Of a stretch of DNA of 64,000 bases, positions 54,202 to 64,000 are shown piece by piece. A model generated the notes under the pieces. That model did no database searches. It saw only the letters and a program-made list of their open reading frames with translations, and was not told where the DNA came from. The translations under genes were made by a program, and so were the position numbers. The DNA comes from Bacteroidota bacterium (lineage in GTDB: Bacteria > Bacteroidota > Bacteroidia > Bacteroidales > CAIWKO01). The first letter of the stretch is position 1. Each line of letters opens with the position of its first letter. The stretch covers positions 1,547-65,546 of the forward strand of contig JBAXWF010000013.1 in NCBI GenBank assembly GCA_037128515.1, read 5' to 3'.

Positions 54202-56943
54202 ATGAGATATTCATCCAGTAATTTAAGCTTAAAAAAATACATTATCATTTCTCTTGTAGTTATGAGTGTTATTTGCTTATGCATTGTTGGATATACATAT
54301 ATTAAACGATTAAAGGACCCTATTACACCTGCCATTAAAGCCATACCGGAAAGCAGCGTTTGTTTGGTAGAAATCAGAAATGTTAAAGAACTTTGGAAGC
54401 ATATATATGAAAAGAATAAGATTTGGAAAGAACTTCAATGTTTGGAAGTAATTCAAATACTAAGATCTCAACTTTATCGTGCCGATTCACTTACTTCTAT
54501 TGATATTAATGTAAGTGATGTGTTTTCAAAAAATCCTTTATACATTGCCTGGGTTCCGGATAAAGGGGTTTACAAATACCTTTTTGCAATTAATCTTTCG
54601 GGGCCTCATGAAGAAAGCACTGTGATTAATTTTATTGAAAAGCACCTTTCTTCAGGAAACAGTTTTGCAAAACAAACATTTCTTGATTACGAAATTTATG
54701 AAATACGGGATGGAAATAAAATTCTTTTTGCATATACCGTTTATCAAGGGATATTTATTGCAGGAGAAACATCAAACGTTGTTGAAAGTTCGTTAAGTGC
54801 TTTGGTTACCGATATTAATATTGAGGATGTAAAACCTTTTTCGAAGCTAAACTCGATGTCGGGCAAAAATGTTGATGCTAATGTTTTTGTTAACATGGCC
54901 TATTTTGATAATTTACTCGGACCGTATTCTGCCAGAAATAAAGTAACCGAACTTAAGTTTATGTCGTTAACAACGGATATGATTTGTTTAGACTTAACTG
55001 TAAAAAATGAGGAGTTACTCTTTAATGGATATTCTTTATCAAGCGATACAAATCAGCTGCTTCGAAAAGTATATAATAACCAATCACCACAGGAAATTAC
55101 GCTTACAAAAATTTGTCCCTATAACACTGCTGTGTTTTTCTTCTGGGGCATGAGTAATACTGAAAAATATGTTCAGGATTTCATCGATTATCAAAAAACG
55201 AATTTCCATAAAAGATCGTTTAAGACTTTGTGTTCCTTTTATGATACCACCTACAATACGAATATTTCTTTGGATTTTTTAAATAATATTGGCAATGAAT
55301 TTGCTTTTGTTATAACCGAAAATTCTAATATTGATGAGCCTTATAGAAACTATGCAATATTCAAAGCTAACGATATTAAAGAGATTCAAACTATACTTGA
55401 ACCAATTTCAGGTCAAACTAGTGAACATTATATCTCTGAGAAGGATACTTTTTTGGTTAAGAAATTTTATGCGACTGGATTTTTGAGGAATTTTTTCGGC
55501 AGAACTTTTCAGTCCCTAGATTCATCGTATTATACCATTATTAATAATTATGTTATTTTTGGAGAATCACCTTTTTCATTAACCCTTTTTATTTCAGGAT
55601 ATCTATCAGGGAAAACTCTTGATAAAAATGAGAATTATAAAAGTTTTTCCAACAATGTTTCCGAAAAAGCAAATTTTTGTTTTTATGCTAATATCAGAAA
55701 AAGTTTCAACTTGATTTTATCGCTATTAAATCCGGTTTTGAAAAATGATTTTGATAAGAACAGAAGTAGTTTAATCAACTTTCAAGCTGTTGCGTTTCAA
55801 TTTTCAAATGATGGTAATAAGTACTATTTAAACGGTTATATAAAACACAATGCATCATATATTGAAGAAAATCCGGCAATATGGGAATTTTTTGCCGATT
55901 CGACAATTTACGGTAAGGCAAGCGTAATTTTTGATCCAACTGACAGTTCAAAAAAAATAGCTTTGTTTGACCTACTTGGAAATATGTATTTGCTTAGTAA
56001 AAACGGTGAGTTGCTTTGGAAGAAACATGTCGGAAAAACACCTCTTAGCAGTGTATTTGTTGTCACATTAAAAAATCAAAAGAGTTATTTAGCATTTAAT
56101 ACAAAAGATGAAGTTTTCTTTATAAATATCAAAGGAACCAAATCTGATTTTAGTCCTTTTCCGCTCCCATTTGAAGCAAGTACGGGTATGAATATTATTG
56201 ATTTTGACAAGAATCAGAATTCTCGGTTTATTATTCCTTGTAAAGATAAAAAAATTTACAATTACTCTATAACGGGGAAACAAACAATTGGATGGAAAGA
56301 TTTTAGTACACAAGCAATCCTTCAACAACCGATTGAATTGATTAAAATTGGTAATAAAGAATTTTTAATTGCAACCGATAAAAACGGCAGAAACTATTTT
56401 CTGGACAAAAATGGCAAAGAAATACTAAAAACAAAACAAGCATTTCTAAAAGCTAAAAATAGTAGTTTTTATATCTATACAGAAAGAAAAAAACAATATT
56501 TACTCACCAGTGACAGAAAAGGCAAACTCATATTTATTTCGCCAAATGGCAGTATTGATATTGTTACTCTAAATCTATTTTCAGAAAATCATTACTTTTT
56601 CTACGGTGATTTTAATAACGACGGGCAAAATGATTTCATATTATTCGACAAGGGTAAGGTTTATGTTTACAATCATTTGAAGAAAAAAATATTTGAAACT
56701 TATGTAAAAAACGAACCCGATGGCAAACCAATATATATAAGACTTAGTAAAAATAAATTTTATATTATTTATCCAGTTCACTCATGCAAATCGTTGGCAT
56801 TTTTGAACAATTTGGGGTTTAATGATGCTATTAATTATACTATTGGCAGTTCGAAAATTGAGGTGAGTTTTTTATTTGGCGATTCTGCTCCAAGTTTAAT
56901 AGTATCTGATAGTTCGAAATTGCTTAATTACATTGTTGAATAG
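54202..56943 (+). CDS. Large membrane-anchored protein of unknown function with a C-terminal propeller-like region
   Basis: N-terminal TM 'IIISLVVMSVICLCIVGYTYI'. C-terminal repeats include 'DLLGNMYLLSKNGELLWK', 'DKNGRNYFLDKNGKEIL' and 'GDFNNDGQNDFILFD' (FG-GAP-like). Confidence 0.55.
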   Translation: MRYSSSNLSLKKYIIISLVVMSVICLCIVGYTYIKRLKDPITPAIKAIPESSVCLVEIRNVKELWKHIYEKNKIWKELQCLEVIQILRSQLYRADSLTSIDINVSDVFSKNPLYIAWVPDKGVYKYLFAINLSGPHEESTVINFIEKHLSSGNSFAKQTFLDYEIYEIRDGNKILFAYTVYQGIFIAGETSNVVESSLSALVTDINIEDVKPFSKLNSMSGKNVDANVFVNMAYFDNLLGPYSARNKVTELKFMSLTTDMICLDLTVKNEELLFNGYSLSSDTNQLLRKVYNNQSPQEITLTKICPYNTAVFFFWGMSNTEKYVQDFIDYQKTNFHKRSFKTLCSFYDTTYNTNISLDFLNNIGNEFAFVITENSNIDEPYRNYAIFKANDIKEIQTILEPISGQTSEHYISEKDTFLVKKFYATGFLRNFFGRTFQSLDSSYYTIINNYVIFGESPFSLTLFISGYLSGKTLDKNENYKSFSNNVSEKANFCFYANIRKSFNLILSLLNPVLKNDFDKNRSSLINFQAVAFQFSNDGNKYYLNGYIKHNASYIEENPAIWEFFADSTIYGKASVIFDPTDSSKKIALFDLLGNMYLLSKNGELLWKKHVGKTPLSSVFVVTLKNQKSYLAFNTKDEVFFINIKGTKSDFSPFPLPFEASTGMNIIDFDKNQNSRFIIPCKDKKIYNYSITGKQTIGWKDFSTQAILQQPIELIKIGNKEFLIATDKNGRNYFLDKNGKEILKTKQAFLKAKNSSFYIYTERKKQYLLTSDRKGKLIFISPNGSIDIVTLNLFSENHYFFYGDFNNDGQNDFILFDKGKVYVYNHLKKKIFETYVKNEPDGKPIYIRLSKNKFYIIYPVHSCKSLAFLNNLGFNDAINYTIGSSKIEVSFLFGDSAPSLIVSDSSKLLNYIVE

Positions 56944-57041
56944 GTTCAAAAAACAAATAAAACCTTTTTGTTTAAAAAAACTTTACTTTAGCTTTAATTT
57001 ATATTATTTTTGTTTAATATATACACGAAAACTCTGATATT

Positions 57042-58655
57042 ATGAAAAAACAATTATTCAGCAGATCAATAAAGTTTTTTATAATGCTTTTAATAGCGGT
57101 TGGCTTTTTTTCATGTTATAAGGATAAGTTTAATTTGAACAAACTTGAAAAGAACGGCGATTGGTCGCCCGATGTTGCAGTGCCTTTGATCTATTCAAAC
57201 ATGACTATGAAAGATTTGCTAAATGATTACAATCATGATAATCTTTATGTGAACGATACAAACAACTTGCTATATCTGGTTTATTGGAATAAAATTTATT
57301 CAAGAACTGCTGAAGAATTGTTGGGCATCCCAAACCAATCCTTAAATACTAATTTTCAATTTAGTGTAACAGGTTCTCTTCCATGGGGGACTGATATAAC
57401 AGCACCACTATATACCGCATATTATTCTTTTAATACCCACAACAATATAATTATTGATAATGTTACCTTAAATAGTGGAACATTTGATTTTATCATCAGC
57501 ATACCCGGATTCACACATAATGCAACGATTAACATTTCTATTCCATCAGCAACAATAGGTGGTATACCTTTCAGTCAGGATATAGCAGTAATTGGTAGTG
57601 CTACAACAACTGAACATCTGAATCTTTCAGGCTACAATATTGTGTTTGATAATACAGGAGGCAATCAAAATCGATTGGCAATAACATACACTGTTACTGT
57701 TCATGGTCAAGGTAGTGCAAACAACTCGCCATATTCTGTTACTATGGGGGAGTCTTTTAATAATTTAGTCTTTGAAGAAATACATGGTGATTTTAAACAA
57801 CTGGGATTTAATTTCCCAGACGATTCCATAAAATTGCGTCTTTTTACCTACAATATTCAGGGAACCATTGATTTCGAAAATCCCAAATTACATGTATATG
57901 CTACCAATTCTTTTGGAATGCCTGTTCGTATTAATTTAAATAATCTCAAGACCTCTTCGGGTATTAATGCACCATATCAGGTATTGATTACAGGTGTTCC
58001 CATTCCATGGGATATTAATGCTGCACCTTCAGTGGGTGACAGTGCTACCACAGTATTCCATCTTTACAGAACAAATAGTAATATTTGGGATGCTATTTCA
58101 ATAGCACCACAATGGATTACAACTAATATTACAGGTTTGTCAAATCCTTCGGGAGTTGCAGCCTCAAACTTCGCAACTGCCTCAAGTAGATTTGATATAA
58201 ACACACAAATTGAACTTCCTCTAGATGGTAAAGCATGGAATTTTGTTTTACAAGACACAATCGCTTGTGAATTTGGAACTGATATTGATGCTGCTGAATA
58301 TGTCGATTTTAGAATCAATACCCAAAACGGATTTCCTGTTGAAGCAATAACACAGCTTTTCTTTGTCGATGCTAATAATCACATTTTGGATTCATTGTTG
58401 ACGCCCGAACAGCAAATTGTTGTTTCGGCATTGTGCGGAGGTGCTCCCGAGTATCGTGTATATGAAACCGTTCATAAACTAACAGATACGCGTTTTGAAA
58501 AAGCAAGAATGACTGGAATAAAAGATACAAAGAAGATTATTATTCGTGGAAAACTTGCAACTTCACAAAATGGTACCCAAATCGTAAAAATTTATTCTGA
58601 TTACGAATTAGAAGTAAGATTGGCTGCTAGAGCAAAATTTAATGTCGCTTATTAA
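57042..58655 (+). CDS. Lipoprotein of unknown function (537 aa)
   Basis: Lipobox 'AVGFFSC'; beta-rich, N/T/S-rich. Confidence 0.5.
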   Translation: MKKQLFSRSIKFFIMLLIAVGFFSCYKDKFNLNKLEKNGDWSPDVAVPLIYSNMTMKDLLNDYNHDNLYVNDTNNLLYLVYWNKIYSRTAEELLGIPNQSLNTNFQFSVTGSLPWGTDITAPLYTAYYSFNTHNNIIIDNVTLNSGTFDFIISIPGFTHNATINISIPSATIGGIPFSQDIAVIGSATTTEHLNLSGYNIVFDNTGGNQNRLAITYTVTVHGQGSANNSPYSVTMGESFNNLVFEEIHGDFKQLGFNFPDDSIKLRLFTYNIQGTIDFENPKLHVYATNSFGMPVRINLNNLKTSSGINAPYQVLITGVPIPWDINAAPSVGDSATTVFHLYRTNSNIWDAISIAPQWITTNITGLSNPSGVAASNFATASSRFDINTQIELPLDGKAWNFVLQDTIACEFGTDIDAAEYVDFRINTQNGFPVEAITQLFFVDANNHILDSLLTPEQQIVVSALCGGAPEYRVYETVHKLTDTRFEKARMTGIKDTKKIIIRGKLATSQNGTQIVKIYSDYELEVRLAARAKFNVAY

Positions 58656-58673
58656 ATAGCAAACTGCATTATC

Positions 58674-60089
58674 ATGAAAAAATTTATACTTCAAACTATA
58701 GCTTTCTTTTTGTTTTTGATATTTTCGGACTTGGTAAAAGCACAGGACGACATGACCATTTATAATTTAAGTTCTGTACCTCAATCTAATTATGATAATC
58801 CGGCTTTTATGCCAGACTGTAAATTTCATATCGGATGCTTGCCTATTGTTTTTGTCCCCATTTTATCATCAAATTATACTAACATATCAAACAGCGGATT
58901 CAGGTGGGATAATGCAATACGTGAAGATAAAGCAAAAGATTCTCTCTATTTAGACATTAATAAATTGCTGGATGGTTTATCAAAGAAAAATTACTTAAGC
59001 ATAAATCAACAAATAGAATTAATCTCTTTTGGTTTTAAAATCAAACGAACCCATTATGTAAATTTTTCTTTAACAGAAACGTTCAATTTCCGTTTCTGTT
59101 ATCCTAAAGATTTTTTACTTTTAGCAAACGGTAATTCACAGTTTATTGGTTCGGAAGCAAATTTAAATGGAGTTGGGATTGATATAACACATTGCAGAGA
59201 ATTTGCGATTGGTTATACCAATCAGATCGATAAAAAATGGACTGTTGGTGGAAAAGCAAAATTATTGTTCGGATTATCGAATATGTGGACCAAAGAAAGT
59301 AAAGCAACACTATCAGTTGATAATGATTATTACGATTTGACTGCAAATTCAAACCTAGTTGTTTTTACATCAGCTCCTGAGAAGCTTTATGACACCTTCA
59401 ATGACACCACAGGAAATACTAGTATAACCAAGCAAGATTTTTCAAAATATATGCTGAATTTCAACAATCCGGGCTTTGGAATTGACTTAGGAGTTAATTA
59501 TAAATTAAACGAAAAATGGTCTTTTGCCGGAAGTATTATCGATTTTGGATATATATTTTGGAAAACCGGAACCAGAAAATTTACTTCTGCTGATACAAGT
59601 TTTACTTTTAGAGGCATTGACATAAACGAAATGATACGGAATGATACTATTAAATTTCCTGATGTTCTAAGAAAACTAGTTGATTCTATTGGCAATATTT
59701 TTAAGATTGATGAAAAGAATAAAAACTACGCAAGTCCTTTGTGCCCCAAAATATACTTGAGCGCAACATATACTATTTCAAAAAAAGATCGTGTTTCGTT
59801 CATATTCCGTGGTGATATTTATAAAAAAAACATTCACCCTGCTTTTTCACTAGCATATAACCGTAAGTTTGGAAATATTATTGACTTGGCTATAAGTTAT
59901 TCTTATATGAATAAAGATTTTCTAAATCTGGGATTTGGTTCCTCAGTGAGATTTGGTCCTTTTCAAATATTTTTAGCCTCTGACAATATTTTAGCAACAA
60001 TTATTCCTTATCACACCAAAAACATTAATGTTCATTTCGGATGCAATTATGTGTTTAATTATAAGAAATCATACCCGTTAATGAAATAA
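58674..60089 (+). CDS. Putative outer-membrane beta-barrel protein, weakly PorP/SprF-like at the N-terminus
   Basis: Signal peptide ending '...VKAQDD'; 'YNLSSVPQSNYDNPAFMP' resembles the PorP/SprF N-terminal motif; barrel-like 'HFGCNYVF' near the C-terminus. Confidence 0.4.
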   Translation: MKKFILQTIAFFLFLIFSDLVKAQDDMTIYNLSSVPQSNYDNPAFMPDCKFHIGCLPIVFVPILSSNYTNISNSGFRWDNAIREDKAKDSLYLDINKLLDGLSKKNYLSINQQIELISFGFKIKRTHYVNFSLTETFNFRFCYPKDFLLLANGNSQFIGSEANLNGVGIDITHCREFAIGYTNQIDKKWTVGGKAKLLFGLSNMWTKESKATLSVDNDYYDLTANSNLVVFTSAPEKLYDTFNDTTGNTSITKQDFSKYMLNFNNPGFGIDLGVNYKLNEKWSFAGSIIDFGYIFWKTGTRKFTSADTSFTFRGIDINEMIRNDTIKFPDVLRKLVDSIGNIFKIDEKNKNYASPLCPKIYLSATYTISKKDRVSFIFRGDIYKKNIHPAFSLAYNRKFGNIIDLAISYSYMNKDFLNLGFGSSVRFGPFQIFLASDNILATIIPYHTKNINVHFGCNYVFNYKKSYPLMK

Positions 60090-60145
60090 TGCCATTTCCT
60101 TAAATCAATTCTTATCAAATTTTGTAATTTTGTAAAAAATTCAGG

Positions 60146-60655
60146 TTGAAATATTATCTTAAAAATATCGTTTTGGTATTTGTTATTTTTACAATAACTT
60201 CATGTAAAATAAACTATTCATTTTCTGGTGCATCTATCCCTCCTGAAGTTAAAACAATTTCAGTTCATTATTTAAAAAACACAGCTTCAATAGTAAAACC
60301 TACCTTGAGTCAACAACTTACTGATGCTATTCGCGAAAGATTTACTTCGCAAACAACCCTAAATCAAGTTAACAATGCCGGGGATTTTGATATTTCAGGA
60401 GAAATAACAAATTATTCAACTTCTCCAATTGCTATACAAGGAAATCAAACAGCAGCTATGAATCGATTGACCGTAACAATTAACATACGTTTTATTGACA
60501 AACTGAACGAAAAGCAGAATTACGAAACTACCTTTTCGCGTTATGTTGATTATCCAAGTTCCCAATCTCTTGCTTCAGTTGAATCTTCAATACTCGAAGA
60601 AATAATTGGCTATTTGGTAGATGATGTCTTTAACAAAACAGCTGTTAATTGGTAA
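60146..60655 (+). CDS. LptE-like LPS-assembly lipoprotein
   Basis: Lipobox 'FTITSC', 169 aa, and position upstream of secG-groES-groEL as in many Bacteroidota. Apparent TTG start. Confidence 0.5.
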   Translation: MKYYLKNIVLVFVIFTITSCKINYSFSGASIPPEVKTISVHYLKNTASIVKPTLSQQLTDAIRERFTSQTTLNQVNNAGDFDISGEITNYSTSPIAIQGNQTAAMNRLTVTINIRFIDKLNEKQNYETTFSRYVDYPSSQSLASVESSILEEIIGYLVDDVFNKTAVNW

Positions 60656-60664
60656 TTTGGCAAA

Positions 60665-61546
60665 ATGAACAAGGCAAATTTTATACAATTTATTAAACAA
60701 CCGACAGATTTTAACAATCTCAAGCCGGAAGACCTAAATTATTTATTAAATCAATATCCCTATTTCCAATCTGCTCATTTAATTTATGTAACTTACCTTA
60801 GCAAACATAACGATATTCAATTACATAATCAATTAAAAACTTCTGCAACCCATATTAACGATCGTTCAATACTTTATTGGCAAATATATAATAATGATAA
60901 TGTTCCGCCTCAAATTGAAACCTCTCAATTGGATACTGATAATAAAAATAATGATTTTTTTAAATCCGAAAAGGGCCATCTTTCTTTAGTTGAAACTAAT
61001 TCATCAAAAGAGTCCGAAATTTCGATTGAAACCCCAATCGTTGAAAAAGTCGAAATAGAAAAGGCGGTTATTGAATTTGAAAGTGATATAGAACTGACTA
61101 AGACACTTGATTGTAATTTAGAAAACGCAAAAAAATTTCGCGTAGAAGATGATAATAATAAACATAAAGATTCTTTTTTATTGAATCTGATTACCAAATC
61201 AATTAAAACCGATCAGGCAAAAATTGAAACTATTCAAAAAGTATCCGAAAATATTGTGGAGGAGCAGAAGCCAACAAGAGACTTTTCTCTCATTGAAAAG
61301 TTCTTGAAAGAGGAACCTCGCATATCCACACCCAAACGTGACTTTTTCAATCCGTTGAATATGGCCGAAAACAGTAATATAGATAATGAAGGAATTGTAA
61401 GTGAAACTTTAGCAAAAATCTATATTTCACAGGGATTATACGAAAAAGCGGTTAAAATATATCAAAAATTATATTTGGTATTTCCAGAAAAAAACACGTA
61501 CTTTGCAGCCCAAATTGAAATCTTGGGGGAAAAAATAACTAAATAA
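60665..61546 (+). CDS. Hypothetical protein with an acidic central region and a TPR-like C-terminus
   Basis: Clean ORF; C-terminal 'LAKIYISQGLYEKAVKIYQKLYLVFPEKNTYFAAQIE'. Confidence 0.5.
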   Translation: MNKANFIQFIKQPTDFNNLKPEDLNYLLNQYPYFQSAHLIYVTYLSKHNDIQLHNQLKTSATHINDRSILYWQIYNNDNVPPQIETSQLDTDNKNNDFFKSEKGHLSLVETNSSKESEISIETPIVEKVEIEKAVIEFESDIELTKTLDCNLENAKKFRVEDDNNKHKDSFLLNLITKSIKTDQAKIETIQKVSENIVEEQKPTRDFSLIEKFLKEEPRISTPKRDFFNPLNMAENSNIDNEGIVSETLAKIYISQGLYEKAVKIYQKLYLVFPEKNTYFAAQIEILGEKITK

Positions 61547-61565
61547 CTGATTTAAAGCAAATAAA

Positions 61566-61886
61566 ATGGGAGCTTACATTGTAATTTCTGTGTTAATTTT
61601 TATCGTTTGTATATTGTTAGTACTTGTTGTATTAGTACAAAATTCAAAAGGAGGAGGATTAGCATCGAACTTTTCATCATCAAACCAATTTATGGGTGTG
61701 AGAAAAACAGCAGATTTTTTGGAAAAAACTACCTGGACCCTCGCAATAGCTTTATTATTGCTAAGTATGGTTTCAATATTAGTCATTCCGCGTTCATCAA
61801 ATAAATCAAGTGTTGATACTGAACTGAGAGATCAGATGGATAACAACAAGCCAGTAAACGACTACCAACCTGCACCAAAAAAATAA
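61566..61886 (+). CDS. secG: Preprotein translocase subunit SecG
   Basis: Two TM helices; 'LVVLVQNSKGGGLASNFSSSNQFMG'. Confidence 0.8.
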   Translation: MGAYIVISVLIFIVCILLVLVVLVQNSKGGGLASNFSSSNQFMGVRKTADFLEKTTWTLAIALLLLSMVSILVIPRSSNKSSVDTELRDQMDNNKPVNDYQPAPKK

Positions 61887-61908
61887 ACAATATTCTACGA
61901 CTAAAGGT

Positions 61909-61942
61909 GTCAGAATGTCATTTGCTTCTGACATTTTTTTTT
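61909..61942 (+). terminator. Rho-independent terminator after secG
   Basis: GTCAGAA-loop-TTCTGAC followed by T9. Confidence 0.7.
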
Positions 61943-62071
61943 ATTTAGATTAAAAACTGAAAAAATGTCGTATTAATTAAAGTTTGTGGCTTTTGGCACA
62001 ATAAATGAAAAATGCAGTTTACTTGAATTTTTTAGTAAATAAAATCAAATAATACACAAAAATTTAATATT

Positions 62072-62350
62072 ATGGCAAAAAACTTAGGAACACCAATGAA
62101 AGACCGAGTTCTGATTGAACCAGCTCCGGCAGAAGAAAAAACCGCAGGTGGAATTATTATACCTGATACAGCAAAGGAAAAACCCCAAAAAGGTAAAGTT
62201 GTTGCTGTAGGAAAAGGTAAAAAAGATGAGCCAATGACAGTAAAAGTTGGCGAGAATGTTTTGTACGGCAAATATTCAGGAACTGAAGTTATTATTGAAG
62301 GTAAAACTTATCTTATTATGCGTGAAGATGATATTTATATGGTCATCTAA
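62072..62350 (+). CDS. groES: Co-chaperonin GroES
   Basis: '[36 protein letters not shown]'. Confidence 0.95.
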   Translation: MAKNLGTPMKDRVLIEPAPAEEKTAGGIIIPDTAKEKPQKGKVVAVGKGKKDEPMTVKVGENVLYGKYSGTEVIIEGKTYLIMREDDIYMVI

Positions 62351-62381
62351 AAAATTCTATTTAACAATTTAACAATTCTAA

Positions 62382-64000
<1,619 letters not shown>

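Noticed and set aside
61943-62071. CIRCE (HrcA operator) or sigma-54 promoter upstream of groES
   Set aside because: There is no TTAGCACTC-N9-GAGTGCTAA inverted repeat. 'TGGCAC' at about 61995 is not followed by TTGC at the -12 spacing.

Overview
AT-rich chromosomal segment that looks like Bacteroidota. The evidence is a T9SS C-terminal sorting domain, TAnnTTTG-type promoter motifs, uppS-bamA-skp-skp synteny, and an LptE-like/secG/groES/groEL arrangement. I support about 55 protein-coding genes, mostly housekeeping or cell-envelope: two PAS sensor kinases, tyrS, pdxJ, nadK, uppS, bamA, two skp/ompH, cutC, pssA-like, purS, kdsC, ispG, cysS, an M16 peptidase pair, rnhB, secG, groES and groEL (3' truncated). 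I recognised no rRNA, tRNA, CRISPR array, cas gene, transposase, integrase or obvious defence gene. The most unusual content is non-coding. There are two arrays of strictly to nearly 21-bp-phased repeats sharing a TTGCGG core: 28355-28585, and about 45127-45550 inside a repeat-dense 1.1-1.4 kb gene-free region. Each array sits next to one copy of a 107-bp hairpin-bearing REP-like element; the two copies are about 92% identical and inverted, 17.4 kb apart. A 167-nt three-tier hairpin lies at 45921-46087. Other points worth a second look: a DUF2231-rubrerythrin fusion, a duplicated zinc-ribbon protein, a polycationic low-complexity lipoprotein, a YKSDA-repeat mini-protein, a translationally coupled hydrolase/membrane/CutC/transglutaminase-like operon, a GH16-like plus FG-GAP pair in a GC-richer block, and a three-gene envelope module of unknown function upstream of the LptE-like gene. 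All functional calls come from motif recognition by eye; I ran no database search.
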